Assembly (NCBI GenBank): GCA_013239625.1
Contig: MU054466.1
Span: 310,001-374,000, forward strand
Reading direction: 5' to 3'
Length of the DNA: 64,000 bases
DNA from: Lama guanicoe
Taxonomy: Eukaryota
Of this stretch, positions 1 through 14,885 are shown piece by piece (position 1 is the first letter of the stretch; every line of letters begins with the position of its first letter). The position numbers were made by a program, and so were the translations under genes. The notes beneath the pieces are model-generated. The model searched no databases. It was not told where the DNA came from and saw only the letters and a program-made list of their open reading frames with translations.

Positions 1-664
1 TTAAGGAGTCCGCCCTAACTGTCCACCAGGGTCTGGAGCCCACGTTTGGGCTGAGTGACCTAAGTAGAGTTGAAAAGGGGACAGTTCCCAGAGGTGTGGG
101 AAGGAGTTGGAAGGGAGCCCAGGAGGGGGCCAGAGCTGGGCCAGCGCAGGGGTGTGGAGCAGTGCCCAGAACCCTGGAAGGACAGCTGCCCAAAGAGGGC
201 CCTACTGGGGCATCCGGGCCGGCCCCAGGAGAAGGAGCTGGGAATCAGGACTCATGGCTCGCCGGCCTCCTCCTCATCACAGTCTCTTGAAGCCAAGCAA
301 GGATGCTGGAGCTGACGCCCGGGGCCTCCCATCGTCTACCCACCCCTCATGCAGCAGCTTCTGCAGTGCCCACCGTGAGTCCCGAGGGGCTGGCCTGGGG
401 CAGCCCTGACCCAGAGGAGGGCCAACCTGGGGCAGCCACTGGGACATGGCGTCTGGGCACCAGACACCTCACTGGTGCTCACAGGCCCACGACCTCCACT
501 CAAATGTTCATTTGCCTGACCACTGACAGCCAGGGCCCGCTGGGGCCCTTGTCCCCCACACTGCAGCCAGCTTCTCCCACTCAAAAGCCCAGACTGGGCC
601 AGCCCACCGGCCAACCGAGCACAGCAGTCACTTGACCCCGTCTGGTCCACGGCCTTGAGCAGGA

Positions 665-670
665 AATAAA
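665..670 (+). terminator. AATAAA poly(A) signal, possibly the 3' end of the upstream gene (MYADML2 by synteny)
   Basis: AATAAA at 665-670. No coding sequence is recognisable in 1-2600. The gene identity rests only on recalled human gene order. Confidence 0.3.
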
Positions 671-1476
671 CACCAACGCTGATTTGCGCTGAGCAGTTTC
701 TGCTGAGGAGGCGGTGGCCAGAGGGCGCGGGGGCCACCTGCAGCTCCTGGGTGCTGCCAGAGAAGGGCCTAGACTGGGCCTGGCTGAGGAAGGAGGCAGC
801 TGTCAGGGGCCAGGGTCCTCTGGCGATGAGGGGCAGCCTCCCAAGGAAGGGGTTCAGCAGTGTCCTCTGGGTGGGGAGCAAGGGGAGGAGGAGGGGGAAG
901 GAACCTGAGGCACTCACCAGCCCCACACGCCCTCCTCCGCCCCTTGGGCTTTCCTGCCTCCTGGCAGCAGAGCCCCAGCAGCTTACAGGCACAGGGTCCC
1001 AGGGCTCCCTGTGCTGGTGCTGTGCCCAGCGAGAGAGAAACTGCCCACCCGCCCACTGGGGAGGGCACACGCACAGGGTCCTTTAACCTGGAGAGGCTTG
1101 AGTTTAGCAGCAGATCCTGGAGGTGTGGAGCTGCTACTGTGTTTGGAGGTGTCCTGAGGACCCTGCCTGACGTCGGGGTGGGGTGCGTTATCAGGTGACC
1201 AAGCAATTTCTGGGTCACACCCAACCCTGACCATGGGGAGGCTGGGATGGTTTTCCTTCCTTGTCTAACCAAATTTCTGAAATGAGCTATCTGTCACCAA
1301 CTCCCCAATTTCCTCACTGTCCTGTGGACTTCTGCTCTCACAGCTCCATCCACCCTAAGCTTCTAAGAACCTGGTAGGGGGAGATGGAGGAGGGAAGTGG
1401 TTCCAGTCTCATGACAGGCACGGCAGATGTCCTCTGTCCTCTAAGAGGCTGGCCTGGGGATCGTCCTGATGATGCC

Positions 1477-1521
1477 CGCTCCCTGGACCAGGGACTCTCG
1501 CTCCCTGGACCAGGGACTCTC
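1477..1521. repeat. 22-bp tandem duplication, (CGCTCCCTGGACCAGGGACTCT)x2
   Basis: Two exact adjacent copies. Each contains the inverted repeat TCCCTGG-A-CCAGGGA. Confidence 0.85.
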
Positions 1522-2649
1522 ACTTCCTGGGGGAGGGGCCTATCTGCTCTTGCCACTTGAGAAACAACTCTTTTTAAAGGAGGGGCTCTGTACTTTGACG
1601 GTAAACATCTGGGTGAGAAGTGGTGGGAACCCCGCCCAGGTTTGTGTCTCTGGGTCTGAGTCTGGGCCACTCCCCCGAGCAGTCCATCCCAGACAGGAAC
1701 TTAATACAGCTCTCCCCTGCACCTGCATACGAGGGTGAGGACTGAAGGCCAGGACAGACGAACATCTGCGGAGACCTGGAAATCAGCCATGTACACATGC
1801 TCACTACACAGTGGTCTGGTGCTCCTGGTTATTGTGTCAAGGAGAACTCACAGCCCTGCTTCTGGGGCACAAACGTCCAAGCAATGCTGAAATTACTTTA
1901 GAACAGCCTGTCATCACTTAAGATAGAGAACAGAGAGAATAAAGCTGCTCACTCTCTCCCTGATGGGGGATGGGTTGTCAATGATGATTGCTCTTAACCC
2001 TGCTGCTGACTGGGACCCCAGACTATCCTGAAGCCCAAACAGACTCAGCGCATATGAACCCTGCACACATCCTCAGGGAGACAGGACTGGAGCCCTGTTC
2101 TCCTAAAAACCCAGGGCCAAAAAAGTTCCACAGATGCTGCAGACAAGATGTCAAGAGACACAGGGTGCTCGGTGGGAACTAGGGCACGACAGGATCATCT
2201 TCCTGTCTGTTAGCTGACACCACCCACCCCGAGCTTGAGGAGGTCCACGTGGTAACAGGCCTGTGGTCCCCCATGTCAGGCAGCTTCCAAAGGGCCCCTG
2301 AGCCTTAGAAGAGACTTGCAGAGGAGAGACTCCAGGCGGGAAGGAGTCCAGCTCTCAGGGGGTGACCTAGACTTCCCAGGTGCCTCCCGGTTCTGATATC
2401 CCGAGAAGGCATGAGATACCGTTTCTGAGCCTCCTGGAACAATAAAAAAAAAATTTAAGTGACGAAATATAGTATCAAAACAGTGATATACCGCAAATTT
2501 TTTTTGTAAATTGTGTTCAATTCTCTCCCCTCAAAAAAGCAAGAAAGCAAGCAAAACAGCAAAAAAAAAAAAAAAAGGCAATACAAGAAAGAAGAGAAAG
2601 AAAAAATGCTACTCAGTTGGGCTCCTCCAAACGCGACGATCAAGTTAGT

Positions 2650-3600
2650 AACAGTAAGCGTGGGCCACGTGGTCAGGGACGCAGCCTGACCTGTCGGTGT
2701 CCGTGGCCAACGACAGGGTCCCGTGTGGGGAGCCCCCGCCCAGGGCCGCTCTTTGAGGGCCGGGCTCCCGCCGCCCCTCCCCCGGCGCTCTCAGGTCCCA
2801 GGAGCGGTCCTGGGTCCCCAAGGAGGGGCCCAAGGGGAGGGGGGATTCGGAGGCCGAGGTCCAGAGGGCGGAGGTCGGGTGGACCAGGGTCCGCGGCCGC
2901 GGATCCAGGGGCGTAGGTCCCGAGGAGCGCGGGTCCGCGGGACGTTCCGAAGGGGCGCGGATTCGGGGGCATGGATTCCGGCGGGACTGGGTCTGGGGGC
3001 CGGCGTCCGAAGGGCGCGGGATCGGGACCGCCGGGGAGACGGGGCCCCACGGGAGGGGGCGAGGCGAGCAGATGATGCAATGGCTCCTCGGCACCGCCCG
3101 CGGCCTCGGATTGGTCGGCGCCAAGGCGACCGCGCCTCGGACTGGCTGGAGCGCCGAGGGCGGGGCCGCTGGGCGCGGGTGCCGCGTGGCGGGCGCAGTG
3201 CTTCGGAGAGGGGGCGACCCGCGCGGGGTAACTGGGTAACTCGGAGCCAGACTCCGGTCCGGCTCCGGCGGGCGGTGGTTCCGCTAGGCAGAGGGAGATG
3301 CGCGCCCGCGCCCTCGGCTCCGGCGTGGAGAGAGCTCTACCGGGGCTCTCAGACCTGGACAGGGTCCTTGGGCGTGGGGAGGCCGACTAGGGCTTGGGGG
3401 CGCCCGGGCGCCGATCGGGCCCCCTGCCCACGGCCAATTCCTGTCCCCTTACGGAGGCGAGCGCGCCCCTTCCTGCCCCTTGTCTGGGACCCTCGGGAGC
3501 GGGTCGGGAGGCTATGGTGGGCGGGAGCATCGGAGCAGGGGAGCATTAGACCGGCTGGGATGGGGGTGGTGGAGTGGCTAGGAGGCCTGGCACTGCCCGC
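2650..3600 (+). promoter_or_regulatory. PYCR1: PYCR1 CpG-island promoter
   Basis: CpG-dense and GC-rich. Contains E-box CCACGTGG 2665-2672, C/EBP-ATF element TGATGCAAT 3073-3081, inverted CCAAT (ATTGG) 3110-3114 and GC boxes. Confidence 0.8.
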
Positions 3601-3696
3601 CTAACTTCCTGCGCTGGATTCTGCCCCATTGTCCCGCATCTGCTCCTGCAGAGCCGGTGCCAGCTGTGAGGGCGTGGGCGCAAGCCTCCGGACACC

Positions 3697-7041
<3,345 letters not shown>

Positions 7042-7639
7042 GGTGCCCAACCTGCCTTCTCCTCCTGGGCTCAGAGCTCCTCGCTGGGTGTCTAGCTCCA
7101 GGCCGCACAGGGTATCTTCATCATGGCCCACTGCCCACGGCTCTGGTCCACTCGCTTCAGTGGGGCTGGAGCCAGGGAGGGGGCACGCCACTTTCCAGTG
7201 GGAACCTCCACAGCCCCTGACTGTCCTGGTCCAGAACAGGGAAGGATTCTCTCAGCTCAGTGCCCTCTTCCTCCACCCTCAAACCAAGTCACTTTCCTCC
7301 AGAGCTCAGGAGGCCTGGGGGTCTCCACCCCCCGCGGTCAGCTGGCTTGACCTTGAGCACAAAAGGTCAAGGTCCCCCCTCCACCCACCCCCCAACCATG
7401 AAGGCCCAGCCAAGGAGGGAACCCACTCCTGACCTCTCTCCACCTTCCAGTCACAACTCCTTCCTCAGTGTGGGAAGGACCCAAGGGTCCCTGGCATCCA
7501 GCAGGAGGGACTCTGGTTCTTGGCCAGCTGGACATTTGAAAAAGGGCTCTCAGAATGGTTCAACTTCCGAGGCCATCAGCACACTCACACCATCATCTTC
7601 TGTTCCTGACCCGACCCGCAGACGTCTGACTTTAGGTTA

Positions 7640-7645
7640 AATAAA
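7640..7645 (+). terminator. PYCR1: PYCR1 poly(A) signal
   Basis: First AATAAA ~600 nt after the stop codon. Confidence 0.75.
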
Positions 7646-8051
7646 TTGATTTCCAGTCCCAGTGCCCTGACTTCTAACTCTGTTGCCACATGTGGAGGGA
7701 GCCCCCCCGCCCTGTGCCAGAGGGCTGTCGCTGCCCAGTGTAATGCTGGAGACTGAGCCGACAGCCCACAGGCCTGGAGCTCTGTGTCCTGAGGCAGCCA
7801 TCCTGGCTGGTGGGGCTCAGTTTCCCAGTGAGCAGAGGACGAAGGAGCTTCTGGAAGGGTGCTGCCCCTTGGGCTGTGGTCACTAGAGGCATGACTGGAA
7901 GTGGGCACTGTAGGCTGGGCTTGGCATACCCTGCTGTGGGAGGGGCCCAGCCGCAGCATCTCCCGTGCCTCCCACTTTGGTGGGGGCAGATATGTCCCCA
8001 GCTCACCAAGGCAAGGCCAGGGGCAGGTGAGGAAGGAACACCCTAGGAAGG

Positions 8052-8124
8052 TGTGTTAGGGTTCACCAGAGCAACCACTTGTAGGAGATGGCCCAGTCAG
8101 GCTGACATAAAATTAACCATCACA
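8052..8124 (-). mobile_element. Internally deleted MLT2-like (ERVL) LTR remnant
   Basis: The minus strand starts TGTGATGGTTAATTTTATGTCAGCCTGACTGGGCCA, resembling the MLT2 5' end. It ends ...CTCTGGTGAACCCTAACACA, resembling the MLT2 3' end. Family assigned from recall. Confidence 0.6.
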
Positions 8125-10617
8125 GGAGACCCACAGAGGAGCTGCTGAGGGTCAGAACCCTTTATGGGGCCAGGATGGCTCACATTTGTTCAATCAACAA
8201 ACAGTTACTGAGCACAGAGACAGTAAAACAAGGCCCCTTGCCTCCAGAGGCTGATACTCACACACACACACCCCCTACCTGGGCGAGTATGTCAGAGGAG
8301 TGGGGCTGAGTGACTGTAGGGCATTAGGTGGGGGGTACCCAGGTGACGTGTTGGGTCCCTTGAGGGGTAGGGGTGGGGTTCAGGAGAGCTTCCAGGCAGA
8401 AGTTTTCCAGGAACACACTGCAAGGTCACATCTCCGATTCATTTCCTTCCCCTGGGCCCACTTAGAACCAAAGCGCAGTGCATGTTGGGTGGGTAGGGGG
8501 AGTTCTCTGGGGACAGGGACACAGCCTTGCAAATCTAAGGGAGAAAGGAGACACGGAAAACAAGAAAACACGTAACAGAGCAAGCGAGAGGCAAGACTGC
8601 ATCCCTCATCCCAGTCAGTCCCCATGTCCCAACTGCCGAAGGCTCTCGTGGGGCCTGGAGTCCCTGCAGGGTCCTCCTAAGGCATGAGCCCCCAGCACAG
8701 GCCCCCACCCTGTGCTGTGAGCTCCCTGGCAGAGACCTGGAGGTGCAGGGAAACCCTGGCACCCTCCCTTTGAGGAAAAGATTTCCCGGAAGAGATTGTC
8801 CCACAGGCCACACATCTGCCCAGGACCGAAGCTGTCCCCTAACTGTCCCCTAACTTTCCCCTTCAAGTCGAGGCCAGCCTCACTGTTTGAGCACCTGCTG
8901 CGTGTCAGGTGCTGACCAATAAGACGAGGGGGGCGTGCTGCTGTAACAGGTGCCCAGGGTCCAGGGTCTGGAGGAAGCCAGCAGGTGACTGTGGAGTGAG
9001 CGATCACACATCACAGCCTTGCAGGAGGCAAGGGGCCTGGGCGAGCTTTGCAGAGGCTTTGCACCAACCCATGAAGAACACTCCGGATTTCAGCAGGCAG
9101 GAGTGCAAGCCTTGGTCCCAAACAAAGCAAAGGCCAGGGGTGGGGAAGTGGGCAGAGTCAGACAGGCTATGACTTTTAAGTGAGCATCCACCATCCCCAG
9201 GGCCAATCACCTGGGCATCAGTGTTTCTGGATGGCACCACTGTCCCTGCTCAGGCGGGGTGACACTAAGTGAAGAGACAGGATCCACCATAACCCGTGTG
9301 GCCTGCCAAAGCCCTGCCACAGGGACTGTGTGTACACCACCCAAGGATAGCTTAGACCCACATGCCTGCTGAGCAGATCCAGGAGAAGGAGGTAGTGGCT
9401 GGTGGTGAGGATGCTGGCGGAGACGGGGCCTCTTTCTTGGCATCAGGAGTAAGTCTTTGTGGTTTAGTACATGAAGAGTTGCAGGCTTTAGAAGTCATGG
9501 CTCAGGTATATGAAGGCCCGAGAGTCTATGAGATGTGGGCTACACCCAATGCAGGGGGACACGCCTGGCGCTTAAAGAGCACAGGATGATCGGACAACCA
9601 CATGCAACCCTACAAAGCAGGTGACAAGGTGCTGTGGGATTCAGAGGGAAGCTACTGGAGTCCGGTAGGGGGAGCTTCTGACCCCGCGATGCCCCCTGGC
9701 TCTGGGGGCCTCCTGGGTTGGCCCTCATCATTCATTCACTGAACTCCCCTGAGGACTCCGCAGCCTGTCCCTCGCTCCTCCTCTTTCAGCTCACCTGATC
9801 ACACAAGCCTCCCTGGCAGTGTGGGTCACCCTACCTGGTTTTACGCCTGGGAAGGGAAGTCCAGAATTTGGAAGTAGAAACGGGATCCCTTCAAATTGCC
9901 TTCCTCTTTTGGCCACCTCTTTCTCTGGGAATTTCAAATAGCGGTGAGAACTCCTTACAGAAAGCGCAGGAGCAGACAGACTGGTGACCTCAGTTCCAGG
10001 CAGATGTTGATGAAACGGGAAAGGAAACATGCAGTTCCTACACCAACTATCATTCAACGAATGTTTACCGCACACCCACTCTGAGCAGGAGTCGTTCTAG
10101 GAGCCGCCTGAGCCCTTGTCACTAGTGTGAGATCTCGGGGCGTTGGGTGAAGGCAGACCACGCTACTCAGAGGACCCTGGAGGTGGTCTTGAGACCTAAG
10201 TTTGAATCCTGGACAAGCCCTTCACCACCCGGAGCCTGCGGGTCATCTGTGAGCCAAGCCACTGTTCCCGGCAGGGCTGAGGCCCGCTCCACAGTTGAAG
10301 AGGCAGTGCGTGCAGAGCCTGCCAGGTGGTATCAGAAACACCATGAGAATCTTCTGCATTATGCGTGGGTACTTCGGGTCCGCACCTGGCCCCCGCACAC
10401 GTGGCTTTTAAAGTCTCTACTCACAAGGCTCAGGAAAGCAGCTGAGCGGCTCCAGGAGGCCCCGCCCGGAGGGGGCGAGGCCAGCGCGGAGCGCGCGCCC
10501 GTGCTAGTCCCGCGAGACCTCACTCGGCGGGCGCGGCGCGCGTTGCCCAGGCAAGGGCGGCCGGGCGCGCAGGCGTAGTGCGGGCGCGCCCCGCCCCCGC
10601 CCCCGCCCCCGCCGCCG

Positions 10618-11169
10618 NNNNNNNNNNNNNNNNNNNNNNNNNNNNNNNNNNNNNNNNNNNNNNNNNNNNNNNNNNNNNNNNNNNNNNNNNNNNNNNNNNN
10701 NNNNNNNNNNNNNNNNNNNNNNNNNNNNNNNNNNNNNNNNNNNNNNNNNNNNNNNNNNNNNNNNNNNNNNNNNNNNNNNNNNNNNNNNNNNNNNNNNNNN
10801 NNNNNNNNNNNNNNNNNNNNNNNNNNNNNNNNNNNNNNNNNNNNNNNNNNNNNNNNNNNNNNNNNNNNNNNNNNNNNNNNNNNNNNNNNNNNNNNNNNNN
10901 NNNNNNNNNNNNNNNNNNNNNNNNNNNNNNNNNNNNNNNNNNNNNNNNNNNNNNNNNNNNNNNNNNNNNNNNNNNNNNNNNNNNNNNNNNNNNNNNNNNN
11001 NNNNNNNNNNNNNNNNNNNNNNNNNNNNNNNNNNNNNNNNNNNNNNNNNNNNNNNNNNNNNNNNNNNNNNNNNNNNNNNNNNNNNNNNNNNNNNNNNNNN
11101 NNNNNNNNNNNNNNNNNNNNNNNNNNNNNNNNNNNNNNNNNNNNNNNNNNNNNNNNNNNNNNNNNNNNN
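10618..11169. other. N gap (552 nt) in the MAFG CpG island
   Basis: Run of n. Confidence 0.99.
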
Positions 11170-11235
11170 CATCACTGCTTCATGAATGGAGCCCACGTGA
11201 CCAAACATCATGTGACGTCTGTGGAGCGGCAGCAG

Positions 11236-11262
11236 CGGCGGCGGCGGCGGCGGCGGCGGCGG
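11236..11262 (+). repeat. (CGG)9 trinucleotide repeat in the putative MAFG 5'UTR
   Basis: Direct count. Preceded by CGG-CAG-CAG. Confidence 0.9.
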
Positions 11263-11943
11263 ATCCCCAGCCCCGAGCCTGGTCCGACCCGGCCTTCCCA
11301 GCGCGCTCGGCCCGGCCCGCTCAGGCGGCGAGCCCCCACCCAGGGCCCGGAGCTCCCGCGCGGCCCAGCCCCGCGCGGCTTCGGAGTGCCCGCCTCGCCC
11401 CGCCCCGGCCTCGGCCCGCCGGGCCCGCAGTGTGGTGGGTGAGGGAGGCGGCCGCCCGGGCCGCGGCGGGGGCGGGGGCCGGGCTGGGGAGCGGCTCCTC
11501 CTGGCCACCTGGGGCCGCGCGGGCTGGGCGCTCCGGGCTTCGGGTCTGCCCCGCGCCGTGCTGGCGGCCCGTGCCTCGATTTCCCCACTGGTCAAGAGCG
11601 GCTCCTGGCCCCTGCGCCCGGGGTGCTGGGGTGGGCGCGGGGGTCCGCGGGGGGCGGCGCGGGGCTGCGTGGGGCTGGCTCCGTGGAGCCCGGGCGTCCT
11701 GGAGGGAGGGGCGGTGGGGGTGGCGGGAGGAAAGGGTGGGGTCGAGCGGGGCACCCAGGGCTCCACCGAAGAGCACGTCGGCCCCGGCCTGAGCTGCTGA
11801 TTCATCAGGTGTCTGTGTCAACGCCTCCCCGGCGCGGGGGTCCTCGGCGGGCTGGGGGAGGAGGCGGCACGTGAGGGGGCTGGGAAGACCCTGCTCGCGC
11901 CGGCTTCGCTCCGTCACACGCTGCCAGAGCCCAGAGGGAGACT

Positions 11944-11959
11944 TGCTGAGTCATCAGCA
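11944..11959. promoter_or_regulatory. NF-E2/ARE (CNC-sMAF) site TGCTGAGTCAT, within TGCTGA-GTCA-TCAGCA
   Basis: Exact match to the CNC-sMAF consensus in MAFG intron 1. A second ARE-like site TGCTGATTCAT lies at 11795-11805. Confidence 0.7.
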
Positions 11960-14872
11960 TGAGGTCACTCGATGCTTGTCCTGGTGCCTGGGGGGATTTG
12001 AGCTAGGGGCCTGAGAGGCCGGGAAACGTGGGGTGAGCGGGAAACGGTGGGGAGTGGGAAGGGGCCAGGCCCCGAGCTCGGTCTCCTGTTTAAGTTTGGG
12101 CTGATGTGCGGGTTGAAAAAAGGGTGAGTGGGCAGTAAATGAAGGGGTCTCAGTGCAGGTTTCCCCCAGGGTGGCAGGTAAAGTCCCTGGCCTGTCCATC
12201 CCCTCCCAGGCAGGCTCTTCGCAGGCTACTGGTCTCTGACCTGCGTCTGGGACAGTTCCCCAAACTGGGAAATAGTTCTCTGAGTAAGAAAGGGGAGGAG
12301 CTTAGGGGGGCCGTGCTTGCGGGGCCGGGAAGCAGGCCTCCCTTATGACTGGTCAGGTTGGCTAGGCTGGGCAGCCTCTGGGAAGGGAGGAGAGGGAGAA
12401 AGACGGGTGCCTGTCCTGGGTGACAGTGGACAGGGCAGGGGACAAGTAGGCGCAGCTGTATCAGGAAATTGCAAATGAGAGGAAGCAGCAGGACTTAGAC
12501 TTCAGGGGAGCGAGGTGTCTGGTGAGCAGGCCCTGCCTCTCTTTGTAGCCTGGCCTTGTGGTCTGGATTGAGGCTGAGGATGGTGGTAGCTTTGAGGCCT
12601 CCTAGCCTTCAGGGCGTAGCAGGTGGGCCGGTGTGGATGGCATGAGTCCAAGAATCCTAATCACCTCACAGTTGTCCCACTTGAGTTTGGGACTCAGTGT
12701 TGTGCAGGTTGGCAAAGAACGTGGCCCTGATGGGTGTTGGACCAGGTGGTGGGGACTCCCGGGGAGTGACAGCCTGAGGGTGGTGTGGCCTGAGCCACCT
12801 TTCCCGGGTGTGTGGGTGGTTTCTGGTCTCCAGAGGCGAAGGAGTGTTTCATCTAGACCAGAGCTGATCCTTTTTGCCCAGGAGTTCGTGGCTGGGTAAG
12901 GCTGACCTTGTGGTTGGTTCTTGGGGATGCCCCCCAACACCGTGCCCCCCCACGGAGCCCTGGGCTTTTAGATGCCAGATGTTTTAACATTTCTGCTGAT
13001 CTTTTGGCTGGATTTTATGCCCTAGAAAAATGCAGATTCCTGGAGGGTTATTTCTTTAAATCTTCTCAGTTACTTCTGTTTTGGTGGAAATTAAGCTCTA
13101 GAGTTTTTCCAGAGGGCTTCTGGAGGAGGCATTTCTGAAGGGCAGGGTAGGAGTGTGGCAGGCTAGATGGGGGTGCTAGAGCACCCAAGGCCATGCCCAC
13201 CTGGGAGGTTTGGCCATGGTGTTTGCAGGAAAGGAGAAGGCGCAGAGGCTGTCTGGTTTCCTTTCTGGTGTCCATGCTCTGGAGTTTGGGCCTAGGGGAA
13301 GGGGTTGGAGTGCTCAGCTTGAGTGGGTGGTCATAGGTACCTTGGAGGATTCAGGCCCTTTGGACCACCCATGCTTACTCCACAAGGTGGGCTCAGCCTG
13401 GGAGGGTTGGGGGCAGCTTCTCCTGGATCCAGCCTCTGGGATCCTCACCCTCTGGCTTCTAGAGATACTCTGAGCCATCAGTCCCAACCCATGCCCAAAG
13501 GCTGGCTCTGTCCTGCCATGTGTGTCCCCAGGTAGCAGAGACTGGGCCAGGAGGCTGGAAGCACCGGCTCTGCTGAGACCTGCCCCTCCCCCACCACAAC
13601 ACTCGCACACCTTTGATTCCGAGGCCGTTGGCTGCACTTGTGCTGAGTTCAGGGCTTCTGTGGAGGGTGAAATCTGTCGAGGAGGCACTTTTCGGCTCCC
13701 AGCCGCCACGCTCTGCACTTTTCTGTGCGATCTCTTCAGGAAGTCACCGTGTGCTCAGTGTCCGGGGGTGGAGGGAGGATGGCGGGTGGGAGAAGCTGCT
13801 GCCAGTGCTTTTTCTGTGGGCTGTCGGTGGTGGGACCAGTGCGGTGACCCTGTACCCCTACTCTGGCTCAAGGCCCCGAGGAGGTCTCTTCCAGCTCCTC
13901 CCGGAGGCCTTGCTCCCTGGGTAGGTGTGGGGTCCTGAGGCTCTTCTGACCTCCAGCTCGTCTGCGCCATCCCTGGCGCAAGGCTGGGTGAGGAGGGGTC
14001 TCTGCCCTGAGTGAGCGTGTGCCTCCCCCTCACCACGCTTTGCTCCCTGACAAGGGCAAGGAGGCATCCCAGTCCGGTCCGCATTAGGCCTCCACTTACC
14101 TCCCTGTGTCTGACTCGGAAGTCACGGTTGGAGTGGAGGGCGGAGGGGAACCAGGAATCCCAGGGTTAAGTGGATAAAAATGTTCCTGGCAGGGCTGCAG
14201 TAAGTGAGGGCAGGGTGTAGAAAGGGTGACCAAGTAGGTGGGAGGGGACCCTCTGGTTTTTGTTCCCTGCCTTGTGGGTGCTGACCCTGGTCAGGGTACT
14301 GGAGAACAGTTTGTGGCCCAGAGAGGGGCTGAGGTGGCCCCCTCTGGGCATCTTGTGGGCGCTCTTGTGAAACACCCTGGATGGGGTGGGGCAGGGGCAC
14401 AAGAGGCTGTAACCCAAAGCCACAGGATGGTTACTCCATCAGCAGCAGAGGTGGACAGACAGGACGGAGGGGCGTGGGGCCCGAGCTTTTCCGGCAGGGG
14501 TGTCTGCCACCGGGAGGTGGGGGACTCCCACCAGTGCGAAGACAGAGTCAGAGCTAGTTGGACAACCCTGGGTGATTCTCTTCACAGTGAGCAGTCTGGG
14601 AGGAGTCACTCTCCCACTTCTCCCCGGTGAGGACGGCCCCCCAAGCCTTTGTGGGAGCAGGGTTTTGTCCCAGGCTGGCTTAGGGGAGGTGGCTGCAGTG
14701 AGTAGAGCCTGGGAGTGCACACGCACAGGGTCTCTGGTCCAGCCCTCACCTGCCATTGGCCAGGCTGGCCTTTCTGGCCCCAGCAGCTTGCTGGGCTGAC
14801 AGTCCCCTGGGGCTGTGTTGGCTGGTGGCCTTGGGGAGTGCCAGGCCGGTGAGAGAGTGCGCGGGAGCGATG

Positions 14873-14885
14873 TGCTGAGTCAGCA
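14873..14885. promoter_or_regulatory. Perfect palindromic T-MARE TGCTGAGTCAGCA
   Basis: 13/13 match to the Maf recognition element, ~350 nt upstream of MAFG exon 2. Confidence 0.75.

Larger units (their letters stand above)
10450..11900 (+). promoter_or_regulatory. MAFG: MAFG CpG-island promoter and non-coding first exon (donor GTGAGG at 11439)
   Basis: CpG island with GC boxes, E-box CACGTG and CRE-like TGACGTCT just after the gap. Partly hidden by the N gap 10618-11169. Confidence 0.75.

Noticed and set aside
2645-3604. Long ORFs (up to 293 aa) over the PYCR1 CpG island
   Set aside because: Arg/Gly/Pro-rich low-complexity translations on both strands, as expected from stop-poor GC-rich DNA. 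No recognisable domain.
3652-3696. N-terminal extension of PYCR1 via the upstream acceptor at 3650-3651
   Set aside because: An in-frame TGA at 3667-3669 blocks any extension.
8200-10500. Orthologue of the human MAFG divergent lncRNA (MAFG-DT/AS1)
   Set aside because: The position fits, but no exon structure or sequence hallmark is visible and its promoter region is in an N gap.
10504-11805. 404-433 aa ORFs across the MAFG island
   Set aside because: Artefacts of reading through 552 Ns and GC-rich sequence.
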